Positions 48,322-58,136 are shown, counted from the stretch's first letter. The stretch: DNA of 64,000 nucleotides from Nonlabens sp. (GCA_049671565.1 JBATVD010000039.1:12329-76328); one strand, 5' to 3'. Notes: generated by a model not told the origin, from the sequence alone. Numbers and translations are program-made.

Positions 48322-49420
48322 AGAGAAGAAAATTTTAATTCTAACATCAGAATTTCCACCTCAACCAGGTGGTATAGGCCAGCATGCGCTAGATTTAGCC
48401 AAACAATTAGAAAAAAGACATCAAGTCATAGTCATTGCAGATCAGCGATCTAATGATGGTGTGGAGGAACTCAATTTTGATGCTGATCTAGACTTTAAAG
48501 TAATAAGAATAAAACGTTTAGATAAAATCGCTTTCACTTATGCTTTTAGATTAAAAGAGACTTTGAATCATTTGAGTAAGGTAGATCTAGTGATGACATC
48601 GGGAAAATTTTCTCTTTGGCAAATCCATATGATCAAATTGCGCTTCCCTTCAAAGCCCGTGATTGCTATTATTCATGGATCTGAAGTGCTTCTACCATCT
48701 AAAATCACCAAAAAGTTGACAGATAGAGCCTTAGAGAAAGCAGATTGTGTAGTGGCGGTTTCACACTATACACAAAGTTTAGTCAATCACTTGAAAATTA
48801 AATCCATGAAAGTGATTCCTAATGGAATCACTAATATTCCCGACTATAAAAAAAATGTGATAGATTCCAATGAAATTCATTTGCTGACCGTAGGTAACCT
48901 CACTCAGCGTAAAGGGCAACACAATGTAATTGAAGCCTTGCCTCTGATTTTAAAAGAATTCCCACAAGTACACTACCATTGTGTTGGACTTCCTACAAAT
49001 CTAGAACAGCTTCAAGAGCTGGCGGAAAAACTTCAAGTTAGTGAGGCTGTCACTTTTCACGGTCGTTTGAGTGAGCGAGATAAGCAAAAATTTTACGAAA
49101 ACTCCCATATTTTTCTGATGTTGAGTGAGCGTACGGAATCAGGTGACGTTGAGGGTTTTGGTATAGCAATATTAGAGGCAAATGCTAATGGGCTTCCAGC
49201 AATAGGTAGTTCTGGTAGTGGAATAGAGGATGCTATAAAATCAGGACACTCCGGCTATTTGGTGAATCCACATGATAAAAACGATATCGTAGAAGCACTC
49301 CGAAACATTCTAAAAGATTACCCAAGTTTTGAAAAGCAATCCTATACCTGGTCAAAAAGTTTCAAATGGGAAGTTTTAATTCAAGACTACCATCAACTTT
49401 TAAAGCATTTATGCGCATAG
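48287..49420 (+). CDS. glycosyltransferase family 4 (start uncertain: TTG 48287 or GTG 48311)
   Basis: Motifs LTSEFPPQPGGIG...EGFGIAILEANANGLPAIGSSGSGIEDAI. Confidence 0.8.
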   Translation: MIYLICIRVAIKEKKILILTSEFPPQPGGIGQHALDLAKQLEKRHQVIVIADQRSNDGVEELNFDADLDFKVIRIKRLDKIAFTYAFRLKETLNHLSKVDLVMTSGKFSLWQIHMIKLRFPSKPVIAIIHGSEVLLPSKITKKLTDRALEKADCVVAVSHYTQSLVNHLKIKSMKVIPNGITNIPDYKKNVIDSNEIHLLTVGNLTQRKGQHNVIEALPLILKEFPQVHYHCVGLPTNLEQLQELAEKLQVSEAVTFHGRLSERDKQKFYENSHIFLMLSERTESGDVEGFGIAILEANANGLPAIGSSGSGIEDAIKSGHSGYLVNPHDKNDIVEALRNILKDYPSFEKQSYTWSKSFKWEVLIQDYHQLLKHLCA

Positions 49421-50547
49421 TAATCATTTCACATACGGAGCATTATAAAAGCACTGAAGGTGTAATCAAGGGATGGGGTTCAACAATACGTGAACTGAAT
49501 CATGTCGCTGAAATTTGTGATGAGTTGATTCATCTAGCTCCACTACATAATGATTTACCACCAGATAGCAGCTTAAGTTATACATCTAATAAAATCCAAT
49601 TTGTTGCTTTGAAGCCTTCAGGCGGTAAAGGTTTGAAGAAGTTAAGTATCATACAAACTGCTCTTCACAATTTAAAGTTGATTCACAAGTACACTAAGTC
49701 AGCTGATTATGCACAATTTCGAGCCCCAACAGGAATGGGTCTTTATGTGCTTCCCTATTTGAAACTGTTTAGATCTAATTCATACTGGATAAAATATGCG
49801 GGTAACTGGATTGACCCAGAAATGCCTCTTGGCAATCGTATACAAAAATATTGGTTGAAAAATATCGATCGTAAGGTAAAGGTAACGATCAACGGAAGAT
49901 GGGAAAGTAATCCACGATTCATCCCTTTCGAAAACCCTAGTTTGACGAGTGAAGAACATCTTATAGGTAAAGATATTATTAATGATAAAATAAAGAATTC
50001 TCCCGATAAATTCAGACTCATTTTTGTTGGAAGCCTTAATAGGCATAAAGGGGTTCATCTTATAATCGATACATTTATAAAGCTGAAAAATAAATCTTGT
50101 TTTTCCGAAATATTATTTGTTGGCGACGGAGCAGAGCGAAAAGTATTTGAAAAAAGTGCCAAACAAATTGATTTTCCAATTCATTTTCTAGGCCATTGTT
50201 CTAAAGAAAAAGTAGCAGAACTACTTGCGAGAAGCCATGTATTATTGCTTCCCTCAAAAAGCGAGGGTTTTCCTAAGGTAGTTGGTGAAGCGATGAATTT
50301 TGGATGTATTCCGATAGTTTCCGATGTCTCATGTTTAAGCGATTATATAAAAACAGGAGAGAATGGTTTAGTATTGGACGATCTGTCAAGTGACGCCATA
50401 TGGAGTGCTTTGGAGACCATAAGTAAATGGAGTTTGTCAGATTATCATATGGCTTTAAAGAAAAATGCAGGTCTAGCTTCTAGATTTACTTACCAACACT
50501 ATAACTTTGCACTAAAGTCAAAAATATTGAGGTCGGACAAAAGATAG
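49366..50547 (+). CDS. glycosyltransferase family 4; likely start ATG 49411
   Basis: Motif SEGFPKVVGEAMNFGCIPIVSDVSCLSDYI. The 49411 start gives a 10-nt overlap with the upstream stop. Confidence 0.75.
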   Translation: MGSFNSRLPSTFKAFMRIVIISHTEHYKSTEGVIKGWGSTIRELNHVAEICDELIHLAPLHNDLPPDSSLSYTSNKIQFVALKPSGGKGLKKLSIIQTALHNLKLIHKYTKSADYAQFRAPTGMGLYVLPYLKLFRSNSYWIKYAGNWIDPEMPLGNRIQKYWLKNIDRKVKVTINGRWESNPRFIPFENPSLTSEEHLIGKDIINDKIKNSPDKFRLIFVGSLNRHKGVHLIIDTFIKLKNKSCFSEILFVGDGAERKVFEKSAKQIDFPIHFLGHCSKEKVAELLARSHVLLLPSKSEGFPKVVGEAMNFGCIPIVSDVSCLSDYIKTGENGLVLDDLSSDAIWSALETISKWSLSDYHMALKKNAGLASRFTYQHYNFALKSKILRSDKR

Positions 50548-50647
50548 CATGTTTTAAAATCTTTAGAAGATGCATTTTGATGACTTTTAAGCCCTAAGAA
50601 AAGTAAACGTTCACAACTCGTTTTATTAATAGATACCTACTATAAGG

Positions 50648-52060
50648 ATGCCCAAAATAGAAAACCTTCCCTATCCTATAGTAATACTTATTCACATCAT
50701 TCTTGGAGCTGCTATTGTAACTGTTCCTTTTCTAGCCAAAATTCTTGTTTTAGTTGTAATGGGATATTTGTTGCTTAGAATTTTAAATAACTCTGATCGC
50801 AATAACGAGGTTCTGCTGGCATGTATTTACTTTGTCTGTGTAGAAGTTTTCTTTAAGATGACCAAAGCCATGCCCCTTTATGAAATGGGTAAATATTTTG
50901 TCTTGATTTGTGTTGTTTTAGGAATTTTACTGAAAGGATTTTCTTTAAAGTCTTCATTCTATGTCATTTATATTCTAACGTATATCCCTGCTATTTTTGT
51001 TGCAGCAGAAAATATAGCAATTGATGAGAGCCTCCGTAAATCCATAGCCTTCAACCTCGCTGGACCTGTCATATTGGGCGTTGTTGCCATTTACTGTTAT
51101 AACAGAAAAATTTCTAGAGAGAAATTACTAAACCTGTTTGGACTAGGGGCAGCTGCTTTAGCCATGATGGCTGTTTATGTGGTTTTTTCGGCTCCTAGTG
51201 TAGAAGAAATTGATTTCAATGCAGCTTCAAATGCTACAGCCTCTGGTGGGTATGGACCTAATCAAGTCTCTACCGCATTTGGTATCGGTATATTTTTGAC
51301 ATTTGCGAGATTTATTCTTATTAAAAAGCTATCCCATAACTTGATAGACCTCAGTCTTTTTTTAATATTTACTTACAGAGGATATTTAACTTTTTCAAGA
51401 GGAGGGGTTTTAACTGCATTTGTAATGATAGCGGCTTTCATATTTACAATAACCATTTTATATAGAAGTGGGTTTCGAAAATCTTTCATACCCAAATTTA
51501 TTTTAATAGGTGCAGGGGTCGTTTTGGCTTTTGCATATACCAGTGTAGTGACAGGAGGAATGGTGGACAATAGATATGCTAATAAAAATTCATTAGGAGA
51601 GGAAAAGGAAGACTTGACCACAGGTAGAGGTGAATTGGCAAGTTTGGAAATACAGGCTTTTTTAGAAAATCCAGTTTTAGGCATCGGTGCCGGGATGTCT
51701 AAGTATTATAGACTTAGAAAAGCAGGAATAGGAGGAGCTTCACATAATGAATTGACGCGGACTCTTTCCGAACATGGATCAATAGGGGTTTTGTCTATTG
51801 CAATGTTGGTTTTTATACCCTTGTTTTATCGATTGGGAGATCGATCCAACATATTTTTTTATAGTTTTTTAATATTTTGGTTTGCCACCATCAACCATTC
51901 CGCAATGCGTATCGCGGCACCTTCTTTTATTTATGGTTTGGCTTTGCTGAGATTCTTACCCCCAGATAAAAAATCTTTAAAAGATGAAGAGGGAAAAGAT
52001 GAATTTGTAGAGCTTATTAAAGAAAGAAAACTACTTTCACCAAGGCGCTTAAAGACATGA
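50648..52060 (+). CDS. O-antigen ligase / polymerase family membrane protein (Wzy_C domain)
   Basis: About 10-12 hydrophobic helices. A FSRGGVL block and a loop with GIGAG...ASHNELTRTLSEHGSIG (HNxxL...E.G hallmark) are present. Confidence 0.7.
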   Translation: MPKIENLPYPIVILIHIILGAAIVTVPFLAKILVLVVMGYLLLRILNNSDRNNEVLLACIYFVCVEVFFKMTKAMPLYEMGKYFVLICVVLGILLKGFSLKSSFYVIYILTYIPAIFVAAENIAIDESLRKSIAFNLAGPVILGVVAIYCYNRKISREKLLNLFGLGAAALAMMAVYVVFSAPSVEEIDFNAASNATASGGYGPNQVSTAFGIGIFLTFARFILIKKLSHNLIDLSLFLIFTYRGYLTFSRGGVLTAFVMIAAFIFTITILYRSGFRKSFIPKFILIGAGVVLAFAYTSVVTGGMVDNRYANKNSLGEEKEDLTTGRGELASLEIQAFLENPVLGIGAGMSKYYRLRKAGIGGASHNELTRTLSEHGSIGVLSIAMLVFIPLFYRLGDRSNIFFYSFLIFWFATINHSAMRIAAPSFIYGLALLRFLPPDKKSLKDEEGKDEFVELIKERKLLSPRRLKT

Positions 52061-53085
52061 AATTGGACATACTGTACATTGGCAATAAATTAAGTGTTCA
52101 TGGCTACAACGTGAGCTATATGGAAACTTTGGGGCCCTACTTGGAAAAAGAGGGGCATCAAGTGACTTACGCTTCAGATAAAAAAAATAAAATTTCCAGA
52201 TATATAGATATGTTGGTAACGCTTTCGCGAAAGCGTTATTCCGTAGACCTCGTGCTCATTGACACCTATAGTACATTGAATTACTGGTATGCAGTAAGTG
52301 TTGCGAAATTATGCCAACAATATGATATTCCCTATATACCTATTCTCCACGGTGGAAATTTGCCTCATCGTGCTAAATCATCAAGAAGTAGTTTTAAAAA
52401 ATTGATTGAAAGTGCATTTGTAGCCGTTTGTCCCAGTAAATATTTACAGGAATCGCTATCTCAGCTCGGTTTTTCTAATTTTGAGATTATCAAAAATACG
52501 GTGGCTATTAGTGATTATGATTTTAAGGCAAGAAAGAGTGCTCAGCCCAATTTATTATGGGTGCGTTCATTCTCACAGATTTACAATCCTGAGATGGCTG
52601 TTAAAGTATTGAAGTTTGTAAAGGCCAAGTATTCTAATGCCACCTTATGCATGATAGGTCCAGATAAAGATGGCTCGCTGGAACGAACTAAAAAATTAGC
52701 CCAAGGTTTAGATTTAAATGTGGAATTTACTGGGAAAATGACAAAGGAGGCCTGGAGAGCCAAAAGTCTAGATTTTGATATTTTTATTAATACCACCCAC
52801 TTTGACAACCTGCCTATAAGCCTTATAGAGTCTATGGCACTAGGACTTCCCATCGTGTCAACTAATGTAGGTGGCATTACTTACCTAATCAACGACGGCA
52901 GCACTGGGCTTTTAGTGGGTGATAAGGATGTGGATCATATGTGCGAGTCTATAGAAATGCTCATTCAATCACCAGAGCTTACCGCTTCAATCAGTGAAAA
53001 TGCAAGACTTGAAGCAGAGAAGTACGGATGGAACATCGTAAAAGAAGAATGGAAAAGGTTATTGTCTAAAGTTCCCAAGCGATGA
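52057..53085 (+). CDS. glycosyltransferase family 4
   Basis: Motif FDNLPISLIESMALGLPIVSTNVGGITYLI. It contains the longest palindrome copy. Confidence 0.8.
   Translation: MKLDILYIGNKLSVHGYNVSYMETLGPYLEKEGHQVTYASDKKNKISRYIDMLVTLSRKRYSVDLVLIDTYSTLNYWYAVSVAKLCQQYDIPYIPILHGGNLPHRAKSSRSSFKKLIESAFVAVCPSKYLQESLSQLGFSNFEIIKNTVAISDYDFKARKSAQPNLLWVRSFSQIYNPEMAVKVLKFVKAKYSNATLCMIGPDKDGSLERTKKLAQGLDLNVEFTGKMTKEAWRAKSLDFDIFINTTHFDNLPISLIESMALGLPIVSTNVGGITYLINDGSTGLLVGDKDVDHMCESIEMLIQSPELTASISENARLEAEKYGWNIVKEEWKRLLSKVPKR
52217..52238. repeat. iterated palindrome copy (22 bp TAACGCTTTCGCGAAAGCGTTA) inside a GT4 CDS, codon phase 1 (reads TLSRKRY)
   Basis: Read directly. Confidence 0.95.
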
Positions 53086-53104
53086 TTGTTTCTGATTAAT
53101 TGAC

Positions 53105-54514
53105 CTACAGATCAAAAATTTTACCCCTGTTCAATAGGTTTTTTGGATCCAATGATTTTTTGATAATCCTCATTAAATGAATTTCTTCATCGGTTTTACT
53201 GAGGCTCAGGTATTCTTTCTTGTCCACACCTATACCATGTTCCGCACTTACAGATCCGTTTAGTTCTTTGATCCCTCCATACACCACATGGTCAATTTCT
53301 TTTTTAAGTTCCGAGCTGGTATTTCCTTTGCCGATCATCAAATGAATATTTCCATCAGCTACGTGACCAAAGGCATAAATTTGCTCAACTCCAGCGACAA
53401 GTTTTAGAGATTCATAGCTCTTTGAGATATATTTATCTATGGCTGGAACAGGAATACTGATATCAAAATGCTGATCATGCTTCATGAAGTCTGTTATGTT
53501 GTTCACATCTTCCCGTATTTTGAAAAAGTGTTCTACCTCAGAAGGACTACTGGCAATGGCAGCATCTTCGATGATCTCATCAATCAACATTTTCTCTAGA
53601 GCCGCTTCCAGATCCTTGTGGTTGTTTGGGTCATTTGCACCCTGCATTTCAATCAATACATAAAACTTAAAACCATAGGGTACGGGTGGTCTTGCTTGTG
53701 CCCCATTTGATGTAAGTTGCTCATAAGCATTGCTCCACATGAGCTCATACCCGCTCAGTTTACCTGAAAGGCTGGCATCCATATATTTAAGCAATCGCAT
53801 TACATTCTTGTATTCATTTACGCCAACCATGGCTGCCTGTCTTGAAGTGGGAAGCTCTTCAAGTTTAAACACTGCCTTGGTAATAATGCCTAATGTACCC
53901 TCACTTCCAATTATCAATTGTTTAAGATCGTAACCGCTGTTATCTTTTATAATTGTCTTTAAAGATGAAACCACCGTCCCGTCTATAAGTACATACTCCA
54001 GTCCAAGAACGAGATTGCGAGTCATTCCATACTTCAAAACCCGCAATCCACCGGCATTGGTGCTAATGATCCCACCTATATGTGCACTGCCTTTTGCTCC
54101 AAAATTTAACGGAAAGAGCATACCCTTATCTTTCACAGCATCTTGTAGAATCTCTAGAATCACTCCAGCCTCTACGGTAGCGGTACGAGTCTCGTTGTTG
54201 ATTTCAAGAATTGAATCCATACGTTCAAGGCTAATGACCACGTCATTCTGCGTGCTAGTCGTGCTCCCCACGAGATTAGTAAGACCGCCATGGGTAACTA
54301 CGGTCAGTTCATGCTCATTGCAAATCTTTAAGACTGCACTCAACTGCTCCGTTGTTTCAGGCGATAGATGGCATAAGGCTGTTAGCGGTTCGTCCATTTT
54401 CCATATATGGGAATATCTGTCTGCTAAATCGGCTCCGGTCAGCACTCGCGATGCTGGAAGTATTTTCTTAAAAGCTGCTATTGCGTGATGCATCAATCTA
54501 TTTCTTTGGTCCAC
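53105..54514 (-). CDS. FAD-linked oxidase (GlcD/D-lactate dehydrogenase family); start may be the ATG at 54493
   Basis: FAD-binding PCMH-type N-terminal half (VVTHGGLTNLVGS...) and C-terminal SAEHGIGVDK. The alternative start forms a TGATG overlap with the upstream 81-aa ORF. Confidence 0.8.
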   Translation of the reverse strand: MDQRNRLMHHAIAAFKKILPASRVLTGADLADRYSHIWKMDEPLTALCHLSPETTEQLSAVLKICNEHELTVVTHGGLTNLVGSTTSTQNDVVISLERMDSILEINNETRTATVEAGVILEILQDAVKDKGMLFPLNFGAKGSAHIGGIISTNAGGLRVLKYGMTRNLVLGLEYVLIDGTVVSSLKTIIKDNSGYDLKQLIIGSEGTLGIITKAVFKLEELPTSRQAAMVGVNEYKNVMRLLKYMDASLSGKLSGYELMWSNAYEQLTSNGAQARPPVPYGFKFYVLIEMQGANDPNNHKDLEAALEKMLIDEIIEDAAIASSPSEVEHFFKIREDVNNITDFMKHDQHFDISIPVPAIDKYISKSYESLKLVAGVEQIYAFGHVADGNIHLMIGKGNTSSELKKEIDHVVYGGIKELNGSVSAEHGIGVDKKEYLSLSKTDEEIHLMRIIKKSLDPKNLLNRGKIFDL

Positions 54515-54738
54515 AATTGTCCTCTGTGAGGTTTGAGGTCGTCACGCACCTGAGGCATCTTTTCTTCATTTATCGCAACATATGCGATTGTGTGCATTTT
54601 ACTGATTTCCTCTGTTCCGGTTGCGATAAACTTAATGTCTTTCATAGATCCATATTCATTGAGGTGAGTCAAATGATGCTCGGCAGTTTTTTTACTGTCA
54701 GGTCCTTTAAAATCCCAAATCAACTTCAGATTTCTCAT
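54493..54738 (-). CDS. hypothetical small protein (81 aa)
   Basis: The ORF is translationally coupled at both ends (ATGA-type overlap at 54735..54738 and TGATG at 54493). I recognise no motif. Confidence 0.45.
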   Translation of the reverse strand: MRNLKLIWDFKGPDSKKTAEHHLTHLNEYGSMKDIKFIATGTEEISKMHTIAYVAINEEKMPQVRDDLKPHRGQLWTKEID

Positions 54739-55205
54739 GTATTGCTCGCTTTACTTTCTGCAAAAGTCTTGAAATCATTCATAAATTGTATGGTCTGCCC
54801 TTTAAAAAGATCGGGCTTGGTTCTACCTATCAGCCGCATGAAGCTCGTAAATTTAAAAACGCTGCGTGACTGCCATTCAGTGACTTTAGTGGTTTTGTTG
54901 TTTTTAGTGATCTCGCTTTCGCGAAAGCGGTTATACTGATAGTTCACAACTCCTTTTGAGCGATATACAGCTTCCCAGGCATGTGGCAGGTCTACTTTAG
55001 TAATTTCTTCTTCCATGGAGATTGAGGTTCCGGCAAGTCTTATTTTCATGGCACGCCTGCTACCTTCCTGTCCTATGGACGGAGTGATATTTGTCGAGCT
55101 CACGAGACCTTTTTGCCATTTTTTGAAATACTGTTGTTCTTGAAAGAGTTCCATCACAACATCGATGGGAAGTTCTACGGTGACATTTTGTTTGCTCTCT
55201 ATCAT
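54735..55205 (-). CDS. SRPBCC-superfamily (polyketide-cyclase/AHSA1-like) protein
   Basis: The size and beta-rich pattern with a terminal amphipathic helix (FMNDFKTFAE) fit this family. It contains a palindrome copy (NRFRESE). Confidence 0.45.
   Translation of the reverse strand: MIESKQNVTVELPIDVVMELFQEQQYFKKWQKGLVSSTNITPSIGQEGSRRAMKIRLAGTSISMEEEITKVDLPHAWEAVYRSKGVVNYQYNRFRESEITKNNKTTKVTEWQSRSVFKFTSFMRLIGRTKPDLFKGQTIQFMNDFKTFAESKASNT
54914..54929. repeat. iterated palindrome copy (16 bp) inside the SRPBCC CDS
   Basis: Read directly. Confidence 0.95.
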
Positions 55206-55260
55206 CTACACTACTTAAAATATCTGGTAAAGTTATGAAATAACTAAGCCTCTAATACGT

Positions 55261-55291
55261 TTTGAATGCGATCGCTAAATAGCTATTTTTG
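55261..55291 (+). promoter_or_regulatory. Bacteroidota sigma-A-type promoter: -33 TTTG (55261-55264), 19-nt spacer, -7 TATTTTTG (55284-55291)
   Basis: Both elements are present, spaced as in the published TTTG/TAnnTTTG consensus. The promoter lies 21 nt upstream of the ATG at 55313. Confidence 0.55.
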
Positions 55292-57292
55292 CACGCCTTC
55301 AAAATATGTATTATGAAAAGCTTAAATGCTGTATTAAAACTATTTATATTTCTATCTGTCGCTGCTGTCAGTGCGCAGGGATTAGAGGATAAAACTTTGC
55401 TTACCATAGATGGAGTAGATTACGATGCGGGTACATTTATGAAAGTGTATCAAAAGAATCTAGACATCGTTCAGGATGAATCCCAAAAAGATATCGATAA
55501 TTACCTTGAATTATACATCAAATATAGGCTCAAGCTACAACAAGCCTATGAATTGGGTCTTGAGAAAGATGAGGAGTATAAAAAAGAACTTAAAAATTAC
55601 AGAAGCAGTCTTGCGCAAGGGTATCTTACGGATACAGAAGTTACTGATGAGTTGGTAAAGCAAGCCTTTGACCGCTCGCTAGAGGAAGTAAATGCAAGTC
55701 ATATTCTCGTGAAGGTAGGTAAAGGAGCAACTCCTGAAGACACGTTAAAAGCATATAATAGAGCGCTGGAAATTAAAAAGGAACTGGATCAAGGTGCAGA
55801 TTTTGCCACTATTGCAAGAAACAAAAGCGAGGGCCCCAGTGCTGGAAATGAAGGGGAGCTTGGTTGGTTCGGACCTTTTAGAATGGTTTATGAGTTTGAA
55901 GATGCAGCATATTCTACGCCAGTGGGAGAATATACAGAGCCATTTAGAACAGATTTTGGCTACCATATTCTTAAAGTAAATGAACGTCGCAAATCTCGTG
56001 GTGAGGTAACGGTGGCTCATATCATGACCTTTGATAAACCCGCAGACTCCACTAAAACTGCTGAAAAACGCATCAATGAAATCAATGAACAGCTTAAGTC
56101 TGGCAAATCTTTTGAAGAACTAGCTCGGGAATTCTCAGACGATTTGCGCAGTGCTGATAAGGGGGGTGAGCTCCAAAAGTTTGGTACTGGTGGGTTGAAC
56201 TCTCCTATATTTGTGGACACTGCCTTAGAAATGGAAGATATAGGTTCATATTCGGAACCTTTTGAATCTAAATATGGCTGGCATATTATTAAGTTATTGG
56301 AAAAGCACCCAGTAAAATCTTTTGAGGAGCAAGAGAAGTTGCTTAGAGATAAAATCACAAAGTCGCCCAGAGCAAGAAAAATAACTAAATCCTTTATTGA
56401 GAAGCTCAAGACTAAGTATGATATCAATGCTGATTTAGCACTTTCTGATAGTATGCTTGAGGTGGTAGGGGACAGTATTATGCAAAAGGCATGGAAATAC
56501 GAGCCTAAGGATTTACATGAGGATGAGGTTCTTTTTTCTATAATGGACTCCACCTATACCGCTAGGGATTTTTACGAGTTTGCTGAGCAACGGCAAATGA
56601 AGGATTATGCAGAGTATAGCAACAAAAGAGAAAAGCTAGAAGGTATTCTAGATTCTTTTGAAGAGACTTCTATTATTGATTATTATGATCAAAACTTAGA
56701 ACGTGATAATGACGACTTTGCATTTGTTTACAGAGAGTTCAAGGAAGGAATTTTACTTTTTAACTTAATGGAGAAAAAGATTTGGGGTAAGGCAAAAGAA
56801 GATACTGTTGCTTTGAAAAGTTACTATGAAGATCATAAGCATGATTATCGCTGGAAAAGAAGGCTTGACCTTGTTCTAACCCAAAATACTTCACAAGAAG
56901 TGGCGGTTCAGGTGCAGGATCTTCTCAGAAAGGGTGTTGCGGTAGATAGTATCAAGTCTCAGCTTAATGTAGAAGGACGCACTAAATCCATTATCAGTTC
57001 TGGTACAGTTGAAGAGAACTATAACCGCCTGCCCGAAAACTTTGATATTAAAAAAGGAGTTTCTAAAATCTATCACGACGAGGGAGACTCATTTTATAAA
57101 GTGATTTTAGTAAAGGAAATTATGGAGCCATCCATCAAGAGTTTTGAAGAGGCAACTGGTGCTGTGATCAATAATTACCAACAAGTTCTTGAAAAGCAGT
57201 GGGAAGAATCTCTGGAAGAGGGTCACAAAATAAAGATCAATAAACGCACCTTGAAAAAGGTAAAAAATCAGCTTGCGAAAGAAGTTAAGTAA
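55289..57292 (+). CDS. peptidyl-prolyl isomerase (parvulin/PpiC domains, SurA-like periplasmic chaperone); likely start ATG 55313
   Basis: Signal peptide MKSLNAVLKLFIFLSVAAVSAQ. Two parvulin signatures are present (ASHILV...GELGWF...GYHILK and VAHIM...GGELQKF...GWHIIK). Confidence 0.8.
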   Translation: MHAFKICIMKSLNAVLKLFIFLSVAAVSAQGLEDKTLLTIDGVDYDAGTFMKVYQKNLDIVQDESQKDIDNYLELYIKYRLKLQQAYELGLEKDEEYKKELKNYRSSLAQGYLTDTEVTDELVKQAFDRSLEEVNASHILVKVGKGATPEDTLKAYNRALEIKKELDQGADFATIARNKSEGPSAGNEGELGWFGPFRMVYEFEDAAYSTPVGEYTEPFRTDFGYHILKVNERRKSRGEVTVAHIMTFDKPADSTKTAEKRINEINEQLKSGKSFEELAREFSDDLRSADKGGELQKFGTGGLNSPIFVDTALEMEDIGSYSEPFESKYGWHIIKLLEKHPVKSFEEQEKLLRDKITKSPRARKITKSFIEKLKTKYDINADLALSDSMLEVVGDSIMQKAWKYEPKDLHEDEVLFSIMDSTYTARDFYEFAEQRQMKDYAEYSNKREKLEGILDSFEETSIIDYYDQNLERDNDDFAFVYREFKEGILLFNLMEKKIWGKAKEDTVALKSYYEDHKHDYRWKRRLDLVLTQNTSQEVAVQVQDLLRKGVAVDSIKSQLNVEGRTKSIISSGTVEENYNRLPENFDIKKGVSKIYHDEGDSFYKVILVKEIMEPSIKSFEEATGAVINNYQQVLEKQWEESLEEGHKIKINKRTLKKVKNQLAKEVK

Positions 57293-58136
57293 CATATCTG
57301 TCTTTTTTGTAATAGTAATAGGCTTAGTCTCGTGTGACTTTTTTGATGATTCAAAAAATGTTAGCGGCGTCATCGAGCTGGATGAGAATTATCTCACTAG
57401 GGAAGAAATAGCAAGTCTACTACCTACTGATTATACCACAGAAGATAGTTTGAGGATCGTTGAAGGGTTTCTCAAAGAGTGGATGCTAAATGTTGCATTG
57501 AACAAAAAGGCTCTTGAGAATATTCCAGATGATAGACAGAAGGAGTTGAATATGCTAGTGAGCAGATATAAGGATCAGTTGTATTCACAAGAGTATCTTA
57601 CTGAACTTACAAAGCAGAATCTCGATACAGCTATTTCAATTAATGCTATCAAATCCTACTACGAGAAGAAGAGCGAAGAGTTCAGGCTCAACGAGGATTT
57701 ATTGAGGTTGACTTATGTAAAAGTAGATCCGTTTTATGATGATCTTGATCTAATTAAGAAATGGGTTCGTAAGAATGATTCTGCCTCAATGTTTAAGTTG
57801 GATAGTTTAAAGCTTACCTATAAAGATTATTTACTCAAGGATAGTCTTTGGCTTAGAAAAAGTACGGTTTTTGAAAAAATTGATTTTTTGAATGCTTCTA
57901 ATGAAGGTTCTTATGTAAGAGAAAATAAGTTTACGGAATATACTGACTCAACAGGGCTATATTTGATGCAAATCAACAAAGTATTGAAACGCGGGAATAT
58001 TTCTCCACTTTCATTTATTAAGCCTACTATCAAACAGATTATTCTGAATAGAAAGAAATTAGAGTACAAAAAAGAATTAGAAAAAGATTTATTACAAGAC
58101 GCTAAGTTGCGTTTGAAAAACAGGTTATATGAGTAA
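57273..58136 (+). CDS. lipoprotein, SurA-N-terminal-domain-like chaperone
   Basis: Lipobox GLVSC. It sits between two PPIase genes and overlaps both. Confidence 0.45.
   Translation: MRKKLSNISVFFVIVIGLVSCDFFDDSKNVSGVIELDENYLTREEIASLLPTDYTTEDSLRIVEGFLKEWMLNVALNKKALENIPDDRQKELNMLVSRYKDQLYSQEYLTELTKQNLDTAISINAIKSYYEKKSEEFRLNEDLLRLTYVKVDPFYDDLDLIKKWVRKNDSASMFKLDSLKLTYKDYLLKDSLWLRKSTVFEKIDFLNASNEGSYVRENKFTEYTDSTGLYLMQINKVLKRGNISPLSFIKPTIKQIILNRKKLEYKKELEKDLLQDAKLRLKNRLYE

Noticed and set aside
5032-53085. The polysaccharide locus as a horizontally acquired genomic island.
   Set aside because: No flanking tRNA, integrase or direct repeats are visible. The composition looks similar to the flanks by eye. 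The only IS remnant is about 10 kb away, beyond housekeeping genes. GC-skew and codon analysis was not possible here.
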